Source: a virus
Direction: 5' to 3' (one strand)
Length of the DNA: 64,000 nt
IMG/VR virus record: IMGVR_UViG_3300044712_000688
Coordinates: 64,001-128,000 of that record
The translations under genes and the position numbers were made by a program. The notes below the pieces were generated by a model. That model saw only the letters and a list, made by a program, of their open reading frames with translations, was not told the origin of the DNA and did no database searches. Shown piece by piece: positions 31,528-41,066 of the stretch; the stretch's first letter is position 1; each line of letters opens with the position of its first letter.

Positions 31528-34401
31528 GTGGCCCTAGTCGGTGAAGCGCATATCCTCGTTCGTGCTATTACAACGAACGTTGAAAAAGATATTCGCAAGG
31601 CATTTAGCAACGTCAATGGTAACGCTGCTAGTAATGCTGGTGCATCCCTAGGTGCCTCTTTTTCCCGCGGACTACGAAACAACATAGATGGTAACGTCTT
31701 TTCTAGACTTGCGAGTAACATAGCAGAATTAGCCCCTAATGCTGATGGTGCTAGAGAAGCATTTCAAGGAATGGTTCGCTCTTCCTATGTAGCTGGTACC
31801 GCTATTTCTGTACTGCTAGGTGCTATCTCTTCTCTAATTGGTGGTCTTGGTGCACTGGTCGGTGCTGCTGGTCAAGCTGCTGTTGGCTTGGTTGCTGTTG
31901 CTGGTGCTGCGGTCGCCCTTAAAGTTGGATTTAGCGTTGCTGGTATGGCTTTCAAGGGAATTAGCCAAGCTGTATCTGCAGCTACCAGCGCAAATAAGAA
32001 CTACTCTGACTCGCTTAGAAAAGCCAAGTTTGACGCAGAAGAAGCTGCTTTAGCCGTAGATGACGCGGCACTAGCCCTCGAGAGAGCGATTGAAGCTAGA
32101 AACCGTGTTGCTGATCTTCCAGTAAACAGTAGAGCTAGGCGAGAAGCCGACCTCAATGTTAAAAAGGCTGAGCTTGCGCTACGTAAGGCAAAAGACGCCG
32201 AAAAGAATGCGGGCAAGGCTGCTGCAGGTGGTACTGCAGCCACAGACCCATATGCTGGACTAACTCCATCTCAGAAAGAATTTGCCAAATTCTTGGTCAG
32301 CCTAAAGGCCAAGATGGACGAGATAAAAGAAGCAGCAGCTAAAGGCTTCCTACCTCTACTGAAGACTCAGATGGAGCGCCTAATTCAAGCTGGCGCTTTG
32401 GAGATCATACGAGACAGATTCTATGACATCGGCAGAGGCATGGGATTCGCTGCCGAAAAATTTACTGACATTGTCATGATCAGAGGTAGCCTAAAGAAGC
32501 TAGATGAGGTATTAAAAAATATCTCCGAGCAACTTCCGCCAATGGGTACTATTTTTGGAAACCTGTTTGACGGTTTGCTAAGTGTTCTTCGTCTTGCTGA
32601 CCCGGCTGTACGAAACTTTGTTGGCTATTTAGAAACTAAGTCAAAGAATTTTGCCGATTACTTTACCGTCGGTGGAGATCCTAAGAACAGCTCCATATCT
32701 AAGTTCTTTGTGGAATCGGAAAAAATGTTGGAAAGATTCTTTGGAATCTTTGGAAACATTTTCAAGACCATAGGGACCTTAGTCGAGGCTAACTTTGGTC
32801 CTGGTTCTGGTGGCGAGATCATGGTGACTTGGCTAGAAAAAACTACCAGCGGCTGGGCCAATATGGGACGTACTTTTGATGGTAAGGTCAGTGCCCCATT
32901 CAAGCAATGGTTTAGTGATGCTGCAACCAACACGACAAAAATATTGGATGCCATCGGGGCGCTCATTAAAGAGTTCCTCAAGCTGGGGGATATGCCAGAA
33001 ATTGGTCAGACCTTTGACATCCTAAAGCAAGGTGCTCCAGCAATGGGCGAGCTTATGAGGGCTGGTATAAAGGCTGGACCATCTCTGGCTAATCTAGTTG
33101 TACAGATAACACGAATTCTTGTGGCCTTAGCTGACTCCGAAGGGCCTAAGGTTTTCTTTGACACTCTTACTGCTTTTGCAACTAAGGTGGCAGATATTCT
33201 TGAAAGCGAAGTTGCTCAAAAAATACTTAAAGCTATAGGTGGATTCTTAGCGTTTGCTCTCGCCATTGGCACCGTAACAAAAGTCGCTAAGTTCTTTGGA
33301 AACGTCTTTATGGGTGTTTTCGGCAACATAGCTCAAATGGGCGCTGGATTTATGACTAACCTAGGAAAGTTCCAAGGATTCTTGGTTCAGATGAATCTAG
33401 GAGCTAAAGACCTGATTGGTAAGGGTGGATTCTTAAACACCCTATTCGGTAACTTGGGTGTTGGACTTAGTCGTTTTGGTCGCTTCTTGGTTAGCTTCCC
33501 TGGTGTTGCCATCATTGCAACCCTTGTTACTCTGTTCGTTGACCTCTACAACAACTCTGAAACATTCAGAAAAACAGTCAGTGATACGCTATCTGGTATT
33601 GGGGCGGCGTTCGGTCGCCTGTGGGACTCGCTGATGGGTCTATTTGATCAGCTATTTGGTGGCGATGGTCTCGGTGGAATCATGGAAGCGATTCGTCCAA
33701 TCACTGAACTGATCCTTGGCACAGTATTCCCCCTAATTGGTGGCGTAATCAGCATAATTATTGACACGGTAGCTACCGCAATCAACTTCATAACCACATT
33801 AGTTAGAACCATCATGAATGGTATTAAACCGCTTGTTAGCGGAATCATGGACCTATTCAAGGGTAATTTTGGTCCGGGCCTAGCTAAGATTTTTGGTGGC
33901 ATCGGAATCATGTTGCTAGGAATTATTGAAGGCATCGTCAATGCCATCATCGGTGGAATTAACGTAGTTCTAGGTGTGGTCAATGGCCTACTCAAGGCTA
34001 TCGGTGACGGTCCAGTTGGTCAGTTCCTAAAGACCGTTACTGGTGGAGCGATTAACCTATCTAACGTTAAATTGAAGGTTGACTACGTAGACTGGACTAG
34101 CAAGGCTAAGGCCAACCTAGCAAAGGTTGGTGGCACTAAGATGGCTACGGGTGGTACCGTGTTCCCTACTTCTGGCGGATCAATGGTTACCGTAGCTGAG
34201 GCAGGTCGTCCAGAGCGTATCGAGCCACTTCACCCTAATGGTCTTTCTGATAGAGACTTGGCCATTATTAACAAGCTTTCTGGTGGCGGTGGCCCTCAGA
34301 TTCAGGTCACAGTCAACCCATCTGCAAAGATGGATGAGCGCGAATTGGCAATGCAAGTTTCTCGCCAGATCGCATACGAGATTCGTAAGGGCGGTTACTA
34401 A
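31528..34401 (+). CDS. Tape measure protein
   Basis: 957 aa Ala/Gly-rich amphipathic helical; N-terminal VGEAHILVRA; C-terminal MATGG..VAEAGRPE. Confidence 0.9.
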   Translation: MALVGEAHILVRAITTNVEKDIRKAFSNVNGNAASNAGASLGASFSRGLRNNIDGNVFSRLASNIAELAPNADGAREAFQGMVRSSYVAGTAISVLLGAISSLIGGLGALVGAAGQAAVGLVAVAGAAVALKVGFSVAGMAFKGISQAVSAATSANKNYSDSLRKAKFDAEEAALAVDDAALALERAIEARNRVADLPVNSRARREADLNVKKAELALRKAKDAEKNAGKAAAGGTAATDPYAGLTPSQKEFAKFLVSLKAKMDEIKEAAAKGFLPLLKTQMERLIQAGALEIIRDRFYDIGRGMGFAAEKFTDIVMIRGSLKKLDEVLKNISEQLPPMGTIFGNLFDGLLSVLRLADPAVRNFVGYLETKSKNFADYFTVGGDPKNSSISKFFVESEKMLERFFGIFGNIFKTIGTLVEANFGPGSGGEIMVTWLEKTTSGWANMGRTFDGKVSAPFKQWFSDAATNTTKILDAIGALIKEFLKLGDMPEIGQTFDILKQGAPAMGELMRAGIKAGPSLANLVVQITRILVALADSEGPKVFFDTLTAFATKVADILESEVAQKILKAIGGFLAFALAIGTVTKVAKFFGNVFMGVFGNIAQMGAGFMTNLGKFQGFLVQMNLGAKDLIGKGGFLNTLFGNLGVGLSRFGRFLVSFPGVAIIATLVTLFVDLYNNSETFRKTVSDTLSGIGAAFGRLWDSLMGLFDQLFGGDGLGGIMEAIRPITELILGTVFPLIGGVISIIIDTVATAINFITTLVRTIMNGIKPLVSGIMDLFKGNFGPGLAKIFGGIGIMLLGIIEGIVNAIIGGINVVLGVVNGLLKAIGDGPVGQFLKTVTGGAINLSNVKLKVDYVDWTSKAKANLAKVGGTKMATGGTVFPTSGGSMVTVAEAGRPERIEPLHPNGLSDRDLAIINKLSGGGGPQIQVTVNPSAKMDERELAMQVSRQIAYEIRKGGY

Positions 34402-35381
34402 TGCCAACATATTATGACCCTAGTGCTGATATAAATCCGGCTATTCAGTCGGATGAAAATAAATTAGTAAATAAAGCTCTATCCAATCTTCCAGCTCCGC
34501 ACATCACTGGTCTAAAGCTGAAGGCTGATATCTCATTAGGTAGTTTGGTTTTAAACACCATAGATGAGAATGATGTTATCTGGGTGTGTACTGACATAGA
34601 GGGCTGGTGGAATTTACCAGACCCAGAGATCCCTGACCTACCTCGTGGTTGGGGCGATGGTTCGTATGATGCAAAAGGTCGCTATGCAGCTAGGTTGATG
34701 ACTCTAACTGGCTCGTTTTTGACTCAGGATCCTTCTCAGGTTGAGGTCGCCAGGCAAAAACTATTTAATGCTATTGACTTGGTCTATGCTGGTTCAGATT
34801 TAGTAGTGAAAGAATCTCCAGTAATAAAGACTACTTTTGTTAGGCTAAGCGGTAGACCAGAAATTGCCACTGTAAAAGCTAGAGGACGTACCGACTTCTC
34901 CATTGGCCTCAAGGCAGCTGATCCAATCAAGTACGAGTATCTTTATAGCTCCAGCCAAGCTGGTTCTGGAGAAAGCATCGTAGATGGCTACAGAGAAAAG
35001 ACTATTTCGGCTAACGGAAATACTACTTTTACCAATACCGGAACATTTAAAGTTCCTACTATTCTGTCTATCGCTGGCCCTGTGTCAGTCGGGGCTACAG
35101 TAGTAAATGCCATTAACTACTCTGACTCTGCTGTTGATGACATATCGGAGACTGTAACAGTAGTTAAAAATATTCCTAGCGGGTCAACCCTAGAAATTGA
35201 TTCTTTGAATAGAGAAGTGGTATTGGTCACTGGAAGCACTGTAGTGAATGCAAGAAGCTACATCTCGACTCTGAGCGACTGGATTCGTTTCGAGCCTAGC
35301 TCTAAAGCAACCAATACCGTAACTTTCACAGCTTCTGGAGGTACCTGCACGGTATCCTTCCGATCTGGCTGGATTGGCTAG
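34401..35381 (+). CDS. Distal tail (Dit-like) minor tail protein
   Basis: Directly after tape measure; IEGWW..P and KAADPIKY motifs. Confidence 0.75.
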   Translation: MPTYYDPSADINPAIQSDENKLVNKALSNLPAPHITGLKLKADISLGSLVLNTIDENDVIWVCTDIEGWWNLPDPEIPDLPRGWGDGSYDAKGRYAARLMTLTGSFLTQDPSQVEVARQKLFNAIDLVYAGSDLVVKESPVIKTTFVRLSGRPEIATVKARGRTDFSIGLKAADPIKYEYLYSSSQAGSGESIVDGYREKTISANGNTTFTNTGTFKVPTILSIAGPVSVGATVVNAINYSDSAVDDISETVTVVKNIPSGSTLEIDSLNREVVLVTGSTVVNARSYISTLSDWIRFEPSSKATNTVTFTASGGTCTVSFRSGWIG

Positions 35382-35390
35382 TGTTATAAT
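35382..35390 (+). promoter_or_regulatory. Extended -10 promoter (TG-T-TATAAT)
   Basis: Perfect TGnTATAAT upstream of 35421 gene. Confidence 0.5.
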
Positions 35391-35420
35391 TTATTTAAAG
35401 ACAACGACGAAAGTACAGTA

Positions 35421-37751
35421 ATGGCGACCCTAACTACTAAACCGACACTATCGGCTAACTACCGCTATTTTGTCTGCGACCTAGTTACCAATGAGCTACT
35501 GTCAGAAATACCGCTAAGCAACGTATCTTATGGCCGTTCTATTCGAGAAGCAGGGTCCTTTACTGGAGATATTCCAGTCAGCCCCGAGACTTATAATCTA
35601 AGCCTCTATGAAAACACTGTTCCAGGCAAAACAGCCCTATATATTGTTCGCAATAACCAGTGCGTTTGGGGCGGAATTATTTGGTCTAGATCGTACGATA
35701 TTAAAAATAAAATATTGAATATCAGCGGTAATGAGTTCACTAGCTACCTACACCACCGTGTTGCATGGAAAACATTCGACAATTCATACCCAGCCACTGT
35801 TACCTTGAATACAGACGGGGTAGGTAAGTTAGAGCTGCAAGATAATGAAACCTTTGATTTTGCAGCCAACATGCCGATTCAATTAGTGTTCGGTTCAGAA
35901 AATAATCAGAAGTATAACGGCTATTACTATATAACTTCCGACCCTGCACCTACAGATAGCGTTGCTTATTTTACTGCTGAAAAAGACGGTAATGGGTTTA
36001 TTTCAGTTCAGGGTGTAGCTAGGCAGGATACAAGTACCGCCGTCTACGTAAGACAAGATACGTACGAATATGCTCGCGATCTTTTGAAGGCGCTAGAGCT
36101 TGATTTTTATGGTCCAATTTTTGGTAACTCAGAGATAGAGCCTTCACTGGTCTATGCTCAGGTAATTACTACGGTCTCTAGGACTTCAAATGTTGCTACG
36201 GCGGTTTTTGATAAACCCCACTATTTGATTGTTGGACAAGCATTTACGCTTAGGAATACAAATACAGTCTTAGATGGTAGGCATGTTGTTTTAGATGTTC
36301 CAAATGAAAATACAGTCACATTTAGTAGCACCGGAAATGACATTTCAGAAACTGCTTTAGTTTCTAACGAATCGTCTGTTTCGAAATACTCTAGGGCAAG
36401 TACCGGAGTTGTGACCGTGACTACTTCTTCTAATCACTCTTTTTCTGTGAATGATGTTGTAGAAGTTAGTGGACTAACAAACCTAATTGATGGTACCCAT
36501 GTTGTGACGGGAACCACTAGCAATACACTCACTTTTCAGACTGAAGTTACTGTAATAATTGCTCCTAGCGAGCCTTCAGACGATGCTACAGTACAGCGAA
36601 AAGCAGAAGTACGATATGGATCATACGGTGAGTACTCTGAAAATTCTGGGCTTCAGTTAGACTACTCTACTGGTGGCTTCAGCGTACAGTCTCCTCAAGA
36701 TAACCATCCTTTCCGAGGATTTGAGCTCAAGTATGTCGGAGAGATTTTAGACGAGTATTCGAATACTCCTAACGGTTTTGAGTATCGGATTGACTGCGAT
36801 TATGACCCGAATACTAACTCTTTTACTAGAACTTTTGTATTCCTACCTATGGAACCAGACTCCTTTAGAAACTACAAAAATTCGCTGCCTAATGCTAAGC
36901 TACCAGCTGGAAAATATGCTCCGCTATCGGCCTTCAATGCTGATCGAATAGTGTTCGAACACCCTGGAAACATCCTAGCTGCTAGCATGGTTGAATCAGC
37001 AGAAGATGCTGCAACACGATTTTGGACTCAGGGGGACGACGATACAGGAAACTCTAATGCGTCCTTACCCTACGCAGCCGAGACAAATTTTGACTACCTA
37101 GATCGAGGGTGGCCTCTTTTAGATCAGGTGGAAAAAATCTCAAACGTTAGCGAAGAATCAATACTTTATGATAAGTATGCAGTTCGAATGCTCTCGGAAT
37201 CAATTCCGCCAATATCTAATTTCTCAATTACTGTAGATGGATCACTTAGACCCACTCTGGGCACATATAAGCCCGGGGACTGGTGCTCTGTAATTATCAA
37301 CGATGATTTTGTACAACTAAGATTAGATAGTGATTTAGAACCTGGTAGTTCTCAGGCAGATAGAGCTGGAGTTCTACTTAGAAAGATTGATGCATTTGAG
37401 GTGTCTGTTCCAGAGAGCCCTACTGTGCCAGAGGAGGTATCGCTCACTCTAGTAACGGAAACCCAGATTGATGCAGCTGGCGAGACTCTAATTGATTTGG
37501 ATGCCACTACTACTGGCACTTCTAGTGTTACATTCTCAGTTAAATACGATACTGATCGTACCGATAGCTCCACTACCGTTGCACTATTCCGAGGAAGTAC
37601 TTCTCTAACTTCTTGGACTCTTGGTCCAGATGACATTCTTTCTACTACCTACACTGCAACTGGACTTAGTGCCAATACTAAATATGAATTTAAACTAAAA
37701 GTAAATGGCGTCACGTACGTAACGCTGTTCATAAAGACAAAGGCATCATAA
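35421..37751 (+). CDS. Baseplate hub / minor tail protein with repeated beta modules and C-terminal FN3-like domain
   Basis: YRYFVCDLVT..WGGIIW N-terminus, YKPGDWC, and H-x-F-x-V-x-D/Q modules. Confidence 0.8.
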   Translation: MATLTTKPTLSANYRYFVCDLVTNELLSEIPLSNVSYGRSIREAGSFTGDIPVSPETYNLSLYENTVPGKTALYIVRNNQCVWGGIIWSRSYDIKNKILNISGNEFTSYLHHRVAWKTFDNSYPATVTLNTDGVGKLELQDNETFDFAANMPIQLVFGSENNQKYNGYYYITSDPAPTDSVAYFTAEKDGNGFISVQGVARQDTSTAVYVRQDTYEYARDLLKALELDFYGPIFGNSEIEPSLVYAQVITTVSRTSNVATAVFDKPHYLIVGQAFTLRNTNTVLDGRHVVLDVPNENTVTFSSTGNDISETALVSNESSVSKYSRASTGVVTVTTSSNHSFSVNDVVEVSGLTNLIDGTHVVTGTTSNTLTFQTEVTVIIAPSEPSDDATVQRKAEVRYGSYGEYSENSGLQLDYSTGGFSVQSPQDNHPFRGFELKYVGEILDEYSNTPNGFEYRIDCDYDPNTNSFTRTFVFLPMEPDSFRNYKNSLPNAKLPAGKYAPLSAFNADRIVFEHPGNILAASMVESAEDAATRFWTQGDDDTGNSNASLPYAAETNFDYLDRGWPLLDQVEKISNVSEESILYDKYAVRMLSESIPPISNFSITVDGSLRPTLGTYKPGDWCSVIINDDFVQLRLDSDLEPGSSQADRAGVLLRKIDAFEVSVPESPTVPEEVSLTLVTETQIDAAGETLIDLDATTTGTSSVTFSVKYDTDRTDSSTTVALFRGSTSLTSWTLGPDDILSTTYTATGLSANTKYEFKLKVNGVTYVTLFIKTKAS

Positions 37752-40381
37752 TGGGCATTAGACGTAGACGTAAAAAGCTGACCAGCCTCATATCCAATAT
37801 GGATAGGAGAATTAGATCAGTAGAATTTAAGAAAACTGCCTATAACGTAAAGGCAACTACTGAAGAGACTTCTGCGGGAGAAGAAGTTGGCAATGAACCA
37901 GCTGGTTCCGTATACTCTCCTACCCTACCCAATCCTTGGGTGCGCGTGAAGCGTGCTTACTTTCACCCATCTAATGTAGTCGCGGGCGACAGGTTTGAAA
38001 TACTGTCCTATGATACCGACGGGATTGAATCTATTTCTGGATCTTCGGTCGAGAAAGGAGATTATGTCTCCATATCATCAATTGGACGAACCTCTGCTCC
38101 AGTATTGACCATTGGTAGAACATATTTTAAAAATACTAATTCTAGTAACCCGTACTACACATGTAGGGCACACGGAACTCCTAGCTGGTCATTAAGTTCT
38201 ACAAACACCCGTGAAAGTCTAAAGTTTAATGGAGCGCAGGTATATGCTCCGCTTCCTATTCCTGGCGACACATTAGGTACCGTAAAGCATACTTACCTAT
38301 TTTCTAGTGGAAGTACTGTAACTTCAAACAGTATAAGAATAGCCCTAGCTACTCGAGCTTTAATTGCCTCTCACTCGGCTACAACAACTACTGCTACTCT
38401 AACAATAAGCGGTAGCTCTCATCACTATACAACTAATGACATCATTGACGTCAATGATTTGCCAGAAGCATACCGAGGCATAGATGGCCTATTTAAGGTA
38501 AAGTCCGTAACGTCTAATACCATCAGTTACGATTTCGATACTCCTTTATCAGCGGCTATTCCGTCTGCTACTGCTAGCTCTGGAACTTACATTTACTCTG
38601 TTGCTCAGAAGTATGTACGAGTTGGCTCTACTTGGTTTGATACCGTAAATGACAATAAAGTCTATTACTGGAATGGGCTTAGGTATCAAGTCGGACAAGT
38701 AGCCGGTCTACAGAATGATGGCTCTGCTCCTAATCCACCTACAAATCTAGTTTTATCAACTACTGGATATAACCGAGGCACTGATGGTAGTCCTAGGTCT
38801 AGGGTGGATTTGTCTTGGACTGCACCTACGCAATCTGCCAATGGTAAGGATTTGGATGACTTACTTGGATACAAAATTAGGATTAGCGAAACTGGCTACA
38901 GTAACTGGAGAGACACTAGGGACCTCAACGGGCGAGATACTTCAGAAACTATTACTGGCCTAGATCCAAATAAGCAATACTATTTCCGAGTTACCGCCTA
39001 TGACTCGTTTGGAAATGAATCCACGGGACTCGACGGAACCATTGTAACTGGCTTAGCTGCCCTTAGCGTTGAAAAACCTTCAGCTCCGGTGATCCCGACA
39101 CCTAGGCTCGGAATTGTTCAGGTTAGTTGGGACGGTAAGGACTACAACGGGGCTGTAGTTCCTATAGAGCTGATCAACTTTATCGAGGTACACGGCTCTA
39201 CGACTAGTGGATTTACCCCTGGTTCTGGTACATTACTAGGAAAGATTTACTCTAAGAACGCTCCCGCTGCGATTCCTGACCTTACCTATAATGCAACTTA
39301 CTATTTTAAACTTGTTGCAGTAGATAAAAACGGCAACTCTAGCGATGCGTCCACTCAAACAACGACGCAGATTAGACCTTTAGTCGATACGGACATTATT
39401 GGTAAGGTTCTTAATGGAGCAAATATTGTAAACGGATCTATTACGGCTTCCGAAGCAATTATTGGTGAGACCATTACCGGAGCTCTAATACGGGGTCTAA
39501 CTATAAATGCTGGTCACATAGAAACAAATAGCATCACTACAGATCGACTACGGGCCGGAACCATGACGGGTTTCACAATTAGAACGTCTGACAGCTCTAC
39601 ATCAGTAACTCTATCTGCAGCAGATAATGCATTAACGATACGCGTTGCCGGAACAGTAGCTGCATATTTAACTGGTGTCTATGATCCTATTTGGGATTAT
39701 GGGGCCCTTTTGAGTTACTCATATACTGACGTATATAGCAGTAACTTTTTTGTGAATGTTGATACTACTGCAATGCGTGGCCCAGGCAATGTTTCCGGAG
39801 CTATTGCATGGGGTAGTGGTGTTTTTGGATATCTTGATTTATATGCAGACACTCAGATAATGATTACTGCTGACAGTGTAACAATTGGAAGTGATACTGC
39901 TAGCATCACGGACGTATCTGGAGCTCTTAGAGTTGCTGCTGGTTTTTCAGCTACTGGACAAATTACTGCGGGTGCTGCCATAGTTAGAAGCCAGTTATCT
40001 GGCGGTGGAACTACAGGAGCATCATTTACAAATAATGGATCTCTAGTTAGGACCGCGTCTTCTGCAAGATATAAGCAAGATATTGTAGATTTGTCTATAG
40101 ACTATGAAAAAATTCTGATGATGCAACCTAGGTTGTATCGTTGGATAGAAGAGGTGCAAGAGTTTTCGGATGCTAGACACTATGCAGGTTTTATAGCAGA
40201 AGAGTTACATGAATTAGGGCTTACTGATTTTGTTTCATATTCAAAGGACAATGAAGGAAATGTAAGGCCTGAAGGCGTATACTACGGCGAGCTAACTGGA
40301 GCTCTAGTTTTAGCTATAAAACACCAAAATGATTTGATATCTGAGATTAGTGATAGACTGTCAAGGTTAGAAGGACAATAA
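37751..40381 (+). CDS. Tail fibre/tip protein with FN3 domains and C-terminal peptidase S74 intramolecular chaperone
   Basis: PNPPTNL..LSWTAP..YYFRVTAYD FN3; SSARYKQDI..AGFIAEEL..GVYYGEL..coiled coil. Confidence 0.85.
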   Translation: MGIRRRRKKLTSLISNMDRRIRSVEFKKTAYNVKATTEETSAGEEVGNEPAGSVYSPTLPNPWVRVKRAYFHPSNVVAGDRFEILSYDTDGIESISGSSVEKGDYVSISSIGRTSAPVLTIGRTYFKNTNSSNPYYTCRAHGTPSWSLSSTNTRESLKFNGAQVYAPLPIPGDTLGTVKHTYLFSSGSTVTSNSIRIALATRALIASHSATTTTATLTISGSSHHYTTNDIIDVNDLPEAYRGIDGLFKVKSVTSNTISYDFDTPLSAAIPSATASSGTYIYSVAQKYVRVGSTWFDTVNDNKVYYWNGLRYQVGQVAGLQNDGSAPNPPTNLVLSTTGYNRGTDGSPRSRVDLSWTAPTQSANGKDLDDLLGYKIRISETGYSNWRDTRDLNGRDTSETITGLDPNKQYYFRVTAYDSFGNESTGLDGTIVTGLAALSVEKPSAPVIPTPRLGIVQVSWDGKDYNGAVVPIELINFIEVHGSTTSGFTPGSGTLLGKIYSKNAPAAIPDLTYNATYYFKLVAVDKNGNSSDASTQTTTQIRPLVDTDIIGKVLNGANIVNGSITASEAIIGETITGALIRGLTINAGHIETNSITTDRLRAGTMTGFTIRTSDSSTSVTLSAADNALTIRVAGTVAAYLTGVYDPIWDYGALLSYSYTDVYSSNFFVNVDTTAMRGPGNVSGAIAWGSGVFGYLDLYADTQIMITADSVTIGSDTASITDVSGALRVAAGFSATGQITAGAAIVRSQLSGGGTTGASFTNNGSLVRTASSARYKQDIVDLSIDYEKILMMQPRLYRWIEEVQEFSDARHYAGFIAEELHELGLTDFVSYSKDNEGNVRPEGVYYGELTGALVLAIKHQNDLISEISDRLSRLEGQ

Positions 40382-40382
40382 G

Positions 40383-40523
40383 ATGAATACACCAGAAATT
40401 GACGTCTCATTAGTGCTGAATGAGCTGAAGACTGTTATAGCAAATCAGGCACAAGAAATTGCCATTTTAAAGGCAACCATTATAACTATGCAGAGGCTTA
40501 CTCAAAGCGAGTCGGTAGAGTAG
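40383..40523 (+). CDS. 46-aa coiled-coil protein (not in ORF track)
   Basis: MNTPEIDVSLVLNELKTVIANQAQEIAILKATIITMQRLTQSESVE; fills gap after tail fibre. Confidence 0.6.
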   Translation: MNTPEIDVSLVLNELKTVIANQAQEIAILKATIITMQRLTQSESVE

Positions 40524-40528
40524 CTCGT

Positions 40529-40999
40529 ATGTATACGGTAAAAGACGGAGCAAGATCGCTTCAGTTCAACGGAAAGCTTTTAGGTCAGTCCACCTCGAAA
40601 AGAAATGACTCCACTCGTTGGATCGAGTTTGAGCTATACAAAACTGATAGCGGATCTTACATTCTTTCTCGCATCGGTGTTTCTTTAGTTTTTCATGGTG
40701 CAGCTTGCCCTCTTGTTCGTAGATATGGCTTACAGGAGAGTCCATATTCAAACATAAACAAAAAGTCTGTACCCTGCGTAGAATGTAATCCGTCTGAGGA
40801 AGCTGAACTGGTTTTCCCCGAAAAGTATCGCCATTGGGCTCAGGTTTCCGAAGAGCCTGGCGCAGTGCTAGACGCCCTCTACAAATACGACGACAACGGC
40901 GCACGCTACCTAACAAACGTGGCTCAGAGGTTGCTAGAAGAGGCATCTAAGAACGATGGGCTGATTGCGGATATCTATAAAATAGAGATAATTCCCTAA
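40529..40999 (+). CDS. Hypothetical protein
   Basis: RWIEFELYKT..YILSRIG; CxxC motif. Confidence 0.7.
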   Translation: MYTVKDGARSLQFNGKLLGQSTSKRNDSTRWIEFELYKTDSGSYILSRIGVSLVFHGAACPLVRRYGLQESPYSNINKKSVPCVECNPSEEAELVFPEKYRHWAQVSEEPGAVLDALYKYDDNGARYLTNVAQRLLEEASKNDGLIADIYKIEIIP

Positions 41000-41003
41000 C
41001 CAG

Positions 41004-41033
41004 AAACCCTAGTTGCAAAGACTAGGGTTTTTT
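41004..41033 (+). terminator. Rho-independent terminator closing the structural operon
   Basis: AAACCCTAGT-loop-ACTAGGGTTT followed by TTT. Confidence 0.75.
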
Positions 41034-41066
41034 GCTAATATAAATTTCTTATCGAAAAGGATTTAT

